Shown here piece by piece: positions 58,315-64,000 of a stretch of 64,000 nt of DNA. Each line of letters opens with the position of its first letter. Position 1 is the stretch's first letter. The notes beneath the pieces are model-generated. The model saw only the letters and a program-made list of their open reading frames with translations, searched no databases and was not told the origin of the DNA. Source of the stretch: Phyllobates terribilis (lineage: Eukaryota); contig NW_027362772.1 of NCBI RefSeq assembly GCF_046119375.1, positions 72,788,001-72,852,000 on the forward strand. The letters run 5' to 3'. The translations under genes and the position numbers were made by a program.

Positions 58315-60584
58315 AATGGTCGAACGTATCCAACGGCGATGGTTGACTTGGAAGCAGGGAGACCCTTGCGACGCCCCTCAGGAATGACAAACAGGGCGTC
58401 CGAACGCCGAAGGGAAGCGGTTCTAGAAAGGTACACACGCAGAGCTCTGACCAGATCCAGTTTGTGCAGGGATTTCTCCTGAGTGTGCACTGGGGTCGGG
58501 CAGAAGGAAGGCAAAACAATGTCCTCATTGATGTGGAAAGAGGAGACTACTTTTGACAAAAAGGAAGGCACTGGCCTGAGCACTACCTTGTCTTGATGGA
58601 AGACTAGAAAAGGCGACCGACAAGAGAGGGCTGCGAGCTCCGCAACCCTCCTAATAGAGGTAACAGCCACCAGAAAAGCCACCTTCCAGGAGAGAAGAGA
58701 GGCTGAGATGTCCCGAATGGGTTCAAATGGGGGCTGTTGAAGGACGTTCAGGACCATGTTAAGGTCCCATGGATCCACCGGTGGACGATAAGGCGGCGCC
58801 AGGTGAGCTACCCCTTGCATAAACGTCTTGACCTGAGGACGGAAAGCCAAGTTACGCTGGAATAGAATGGACAAGGCCGAAACTTGGCCTTTGAGAGTGC
58901 TTAGAGAGAGTCCCGCCTCCAGGCCAGACTGAAGGAAAGCCAAAATGACCGGTAGCGAAAAGGACATGGAAGCTAGCTGATCCTTCTCGCAGTGACGAAA
59001 AAAGGCTCTCCAGGTTCTGTGGTATATGCACGAGGTTGCGGGTTTCCTGGCACTAATTAGGGTCTGGATGACGTTGTCCGCAAAACCCGCCTGCCTCAAC
59101 GGCCATGCCATTAAATTCAGAGAACGAGAACTCTGATGAAGAATAGGTCCCTGAGAGAGGAGGTCCGGACGGTCCGGTAGTCTCCAGGGGGAGTCGACGA
59201 GCAGGTTTACTAGATCGGCGTACCAGACGCGTCTGGGCCAATCCGGGGCTATTAGAATTACCCGTACTCCCTCTGTCTTGATCTTTTTGATGACCTGAGG
59301 GATCAATGGTAGAGGGGGAAAGAGATAGGGCAGCTGGAACTGAGACCATGAGATGACTAGCGCGTCTTGAGCGATCGCAAGGGGATCGCGGGACCGGGTT
59401 ACGAAGGATGGAACCTTGTGGTTCAACTGCGACGTCATGAGGTCGACGTCCGGCGTGCCCCATCGTGAGCATATCTGATGGAACACCTCGGGATGGAGAG
59501 ACCATTCTCCTGAGACAAGGTCCTGCCGACTGAGGAAGTCGGCCGCCCAATTGTCGACCCCCAGAATGTGTACTGCCGAGATTGCCGGAACAGTGTTCTC
59601 GGCCCAAACTAGCACTCTTGTCACCTCTTTTAAGACGGACTTGCTGCGCGTTCCTCCCTGACGGTTTATGTACGCCACCGCCGTGGCGTTGTCCGATTGT
59701 ACGCGGACTGGGAACCCTGCAAGAATGTCCTGCCAGTGACGCAGCGCCAGGTAAATTGCCCTTATCTCCAATATATTGATCGGTAGGGAGGCTTCGTGGA
59801 GACTCCAACGGCCCTGCGCTGTGTGGTGGAGGAAGACTGCCCCCCAACCGATGAGGCTGGCATCGGTCGTGACCACCTGCCAGCGAAGCAGTAGGAATGA
59901 CCTCCCGGGTCTGAAGAAAGAAGGACGAGTCCACCATATTAATGACCTTCTCACATGAAGAGGTAACCTGATGCGTCGATCTAGAGACGACGGGTTCTTG
60001 TCCCATGCCGACAGAAGAGCCAGTTGAAGAGGCCGGGTATGGAACTGGGCAAACGGGACAGCTTCCATAGCTGCCACCATTTTTCCCAAGACACTCATGC
60101 ATAGGCAAAGACGGCGTGGATTTGGGTCGGAGAGAAGGTGAATCCCCCGACGGAGAGAGTTTATCTTCCTACTCGGGAGAATGACCATGGCATGGGTCGT
60201 GTCGAACTGCATCCCTAGAAAGGTTAAGCACTGAGATGGGACCAGGGAGGATTTGTCTGTGTTGATCAGCCAGCCTAACCGAGAAAGCGTGTTCAGGGTG
60301 ATTTGGAGACTGTGGAGGCAGTCCCTGAACGTGGGACCCTTGAACATTAAGTCGTCGAGGTAGGGGATAATTACAATCCCCCTGGCTCGTAGAATGGCCA
60401 TGACCGTTGCCATTACCTTTGTGAAAACCCTCGGGGAGGAGGCAAGCCCGAAGGGGAGAGAAGTGAACTGGTAATGTGCGTTCTGGAAGGCAAATCGAAG
60501 GAACTTCTGATGTGGTGCGCAGATTGAAATATGAAGATACGCATCCTGAATATCCACTGAACATAGGTATTCCCCGGCCTCCAT
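58269..60584 (-). pseudogene. DIRS RT - RNase H - methyltransferase-like domains running into the YR N-half
   Basis: DIQDAY, LPFGL, YLDD (RT); TTDAS (RH); DLMTS...YLFPP (MT-like); then ARKPATSCIYHRTW...VAVTSIRRVAEL (YR). The RT N-terminus is in another frame (60600-60950). Confidence 0.9.
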
Positions 60585-60985
60585 CGAGGAGATTACCGAC
60601 CTGAGGGACTCTATTCTGAAGTGCCGTACACGTATCTGTCGGTTTAGCTGTTTGAGGTCTAAGATCGGACGTAGTGAGCCGTCCTTTTTTTGGAACGACG
60701 AAAAGATTTGAGTAGAAACCCGAACACCTTTCTTGAAGGGGGACTGGAACTATAACTCCTGAGCGCAGAAAGGAGGCAATGGCCTGAAGGAAACCGGGAA
60801 GTAGAGATGGATGCGGGTGGCGGGACCTGAGAAATGGTGTTCTTGGTATGGCGTTGAATGCGATCTTGTAGCCTGAGGTCACTATCTCCTTGACCCAGGC
60901 ATCCTCTATTGCCGATACCCAATGGTCTCGGAACAGAAGTAGACGGCCGCCCACCCTGGGAGAAAGCCCAGGTGGGGGTGACCGG

Positions 60986-62465
60986 TCATGCTGAGGAAAA
61001 TCTGTTGGATCGTGATCGGGATCCAGAGGGCTTGGAAGAGCGACCCTTTGCGTGCCAGTTGGGAGTGGGCCTAAAGGTAGGCTTACGTTTGTCCTGCTGT
61101 GCTGGGGTATGGTCCTGTTGAGAGGAGGGTCCTGGTTGAGCGAACCGACGAAATGACCGAAACTGAAGGTAACGTTTCCTAGGAAAGGGACGATTAGGTC
61201 TCGGCTGAGGAAGGGAAGTGCTCTTGCCCCCAGTGGCATCAGAGATGATCTGGTCTAATTTAGACCCAAATAGTCTGGAGCCCTGAAAAGGGAGATTTGT
61301 TAGTGATTTCTTGGAGGCCGGGTTGGCGTTCCAAGCCTTCAGCCAAAGAATCCTACGTATGGCGATGATATTGCTGGAGACGCGGGCTGAACAGGTAGCG
61401 GCGTCAAGGGACGCCGTGAGAAGATATTTCCCTGCGTGGGCGATCTGATCCGCTAGGTCAGCCAGATCGTCTGGGGAAGCCCCGGTGAGGATGCCCTGCC
61501 TAAGCTGTTTGGCCCATGCGGAGACTGCTTTTGATACCCAAGTTGAGGCGAAGGAAGGACAAAAGGAAGTGCCAGCGGCCTCAAAGGCTGACTTAGCCAA
61601 GGCCTCAACCTGTCTATCCGTAGTGTCCTCGAGGGAAGAACCGTGTGGAAGGGACAGTACCGTCTTAGCCGAGAGACAGGAGGATCCACAGAAGGGGACT
61701 CCGTCCATCTGCTGACGAGGTCGTGGTTAAAGGGGAATAGCATGTCTAACTGTTTCTTTCCAGTGAAGCGCTTCTCAGGATGCTCCCATTGTTTCTGAAA
61801 GACACCATCAAATTCTGAATGGTTAGGAAAGGTGCGTGCCGGGCTCTTGATTCTCTTGAAGGAAACGGAGTAGTCCTGAGAAGGGCTCTCGTCCTCTAAC
61901 ATGCAGAGTCTGATTGACAGCCGATATAAGGCTGTCAACCATGTCCTGGACTCTAGAATATTGGTCCGTGTCGGATCCAGAGTCAGAATCTGATTCCGTG
62001 TCTGATCCCGGAGCGACCTCTGGGGAAGAGATGTGAGATGCAGGGAGCAATTTGGAGTCTGGAGAGCTGGAGGATGAGCTTGTGTGAGTCCGTTTCTGAG
62101 AACGTGCCCTCGGTCTGCCCTTAGAAGGAGGGGGGCAGGGGTGCCTGCGAATCGTCCGTTGGAACGTTCGGAGCACTGGTGGCCGTGGATAGCATGGGCA
62201 AACGTTCTAAGACCTGCACCAGAGATTGAGATACCTTGGTGAGGTCAGAGACAGACTGGGACATAGCAACAGCCCACTCCGGAGGAGGGGGAGTTACCTC
62301 GTCCTGGGCGGCAGGGGGGTCTTGGGGTGCCAGCATGGTGGGAGGCTTGCAGGTCGAGCAGAAAACCGTTGTCAGACCCGCGAGCCACTTAGTACTGCAA
62401 AGAGTATAGGCGTAATATGTGACTGTGTGAGTGGGACGGACGGAAAGCTCCCTGAGATTGGGCAT
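60986..62465 (-). pseudogene. DIRS ORF1 (gag-like, LAP2alpha-related region), frameshifted into several pieces
   Basis: SVDPPVSRL...DRQVEALAK...RRILWLKAW...LPFQGSRLFGSKLD pattern across ORFs 62121, 61823, 61453 and 60986. Confidence 0.8.
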
Positions 62466-63895
62466 ATGTGCCTAACCAGGAATAATGTAGAGGAGGGAGC
62501 CTGTGGGAGTAGGGCCTACCCGGTCTGGAATGGGCACGGTCCCGTATCCCCCATCGGAAAGTCCGGAGCCGCGGAGACAGGAGCAGGGCTGCGATGATGA
62601 GGCAGTCACAGAATAATGCTGTCAGAGCGAGACCGAGAGCAGCGTAGAGGGGCGGAGCCAGAGCGGAGCGTGCTGCCCTGAGCAAGCTAGGGGAGCCAGA
62701 GCTCCGATAGGCATAAGGGATGGAGGCGGGCTTAAGAACTCGGCCGCTGATAGGGATAAAAGTGGGCGTGACGGAAGAGTCATAATGCTCCTCGGTCCTG
62801 ATTGACCGGTTTTTGGGAGGGGTGTATACCCGCCGGAAAGAGTAAAGCCCACCCCGAACCACCCCCCCCCCCCCGACAGAGAACGCGCGGGCAGAAATGC
62901 CGTGCAAAAAAGGACAGAGAAACGGGGGGGGGGGGCTGTGGGGGACGCCATGCTATTGTGAGTCCGAGGCCCCCGGTTCGCTTCCTGATGACTGTGAGGA
63001 GAGGGGGCGTGGCCAAGCGCTGCTGTAAGTGAGCGTCGACGGGGAAATGTGATGCCCCCCTTATTATCCCAGGATTTACGAGGCCCGTGCCATAGCTGAG
63101 ATGTGAGGAACCTGGGGCTGAGGAGGCAGCAGGGAGGGATTGTACCTTTCCCGATGACTGTTCTTCCTCTTTCCCTCTGAGGATGGACACAGGAGGTCCT
63201 CCGTGGATAGGGGGGATCCTGGCTCTTCCTCCTTCCCGCAGGGACCGGTCCTGGACAGTGCAGGAGACGGTGTCAACCCCAGAATCAGGGGGAAGGTCAC
63301 CGTAGTGACCACCGTCTCCCTCCCAGGCCGCTCTGAGGAGGGGGCTGGGGTGGGGAATGGGCAAGGACTGGCCACCGAGAATCACCCTGAGACACCCGAA
63401 GGTGACAGGGGATAGGTCCTGGCCAGCGGCTCCGAGAGTGGGCGATGTGGGAAATGCCACACTGCTCTCTCGGTCGCTTGAGAATGGGGATAACAGGGGA
63501 CACAGTGTTCCCTGTTAACCCTGAAGAGCTGTATCTGAAAAATAAAGAAGAAAACATTAATAAAACACAACAGGGTTGGATCAGTAGGATCCAGGTCTAC
63601 CTCCTACAGTCACTAAGCTTAAACTGGTGAGCTTGGTGCCTGTAGGAGGGTGTATACTGCGGAGGAGGAGCTTTTTTCGCCTAGTGTCAACCTCCTAGTG
63701 ACAACAGCATACACCCCATGGTCCTGTGTCCCCCAATGAAGCGATAAAGAAAACTGGTTAGTTATCTCCATGTCAGTGGGTGTAGCCTGCTGGGGAGGAG
63801 TTAGCCTTTTTTTTATTTCTGCCTAGTGTCAGCCTCCTAGTGACAGCAGCATACACCCATGGTTTCCTGTGTCCCCCAATGAATCGATAGAGAAA

Positions 63896-64000
63896 TGACC
63901 TTTTGTTTAAATCAGATTTTTGTATTCAAATGTAGGTTTTCAAAAAAATGTTGGTAATTTTTTTCCCCCATATCACAATCTGTATTAAAAATAAATGTTG
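63896..64000 (+). repeat. Second copy of sequence 49556-49660
   Basis: TGACCTTTTGTTTAAAT...ATAAATGTTG matches 49557-49660 with about 3 differences in 105 bp; it runs off the window end. Confidence 0.9.

Larger units (their letters stand above)
57622..63753 (-). mobile_element. DIRS1-type tyrosine-recombinase retrotransposon (inner), full length but disabled
   Basis: Inverted terminal repeats (57660-57795 vs 63622-63740), ICR, ORF1, RT/RH/MT and YR; no TSD; inserted at an AAAA that splits CTAAGC-AAAA-CTGGTTA of the outer ITR. Confidence 0.93.
50099..63895 (-). mobile_element. Decayed non-autonomous DIRS-type element (outer), interrupted at 57622-63753
   Basis: ITR 50150-50275 is the inverted match of 63754-63880; ICR near 50343-50435; termini AAAAGAGG... 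and ...ATCGATAGAGAAA. Only a recombinase remnant (WSSVHTF near 50575) is recognisable; the interior is non-coding. Confidence 0.8.

Noticed and set aside
59053-60108. 351-aa ORF as an independent gene
   Set aside because: It is the overlapping frame of the DIRS RT region, expected as the upstream part of the recombinase ORF.
47711-64000. Expected syntenic neighbours of IRF3 (e.g. SCAF1, BCL2L12)
   Set aside because: I recognised no exons of these genes in the window, so synteny cannot be claimed from this sequence.

Overview
This is vertebrate genomic DNA, anuran (frog)-like judging by its repeat families (inference). It holds two tandem, same-strand (+) IRF3-family genes. Paralog A is seen only as its last three coding exons (335-3976). 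Paralog B is complete: I reconstructed nine coding exons by hand from GT-AG sites and phases (24856-47710, 1416 nt, 471 aa), most of them absent from the ORF track. The two share only about 40% identity in the IAD exon, so the duplication is old. Intron 2 of paralog B splits the DNA-binding domain and carries a 13.1-kb nest: a tRNA-Ser-primed Gypsy element with a near-intact chromodomain Gypsy (Tf1/Sushi type) inside its 3' LTR. That inner element shows a self-priming signature instead of a tRNA PBS. Downstream of paralog B, a DIRS tyrosine-recombinase retrotransposon (57622-63753, -) sits inside the 5' ITR of a decayed, non-coding DIRS derivative (50099-63895), and upstream flank sequence reappears after the nest. 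The rest is hAT, piggyBac-like, T2/Kolobok-like and Harbinger-like non-autonomous elements, Tc1 and Penelope fragments, five minisatellites, a 1.5-kb array of alternating hairpins, and candidate regulatory islands (CTCF+ISRE; YY1/CRE/NF-kB). All coordinates, alignments and difference counts were made by eye and should be confirmed computationally.
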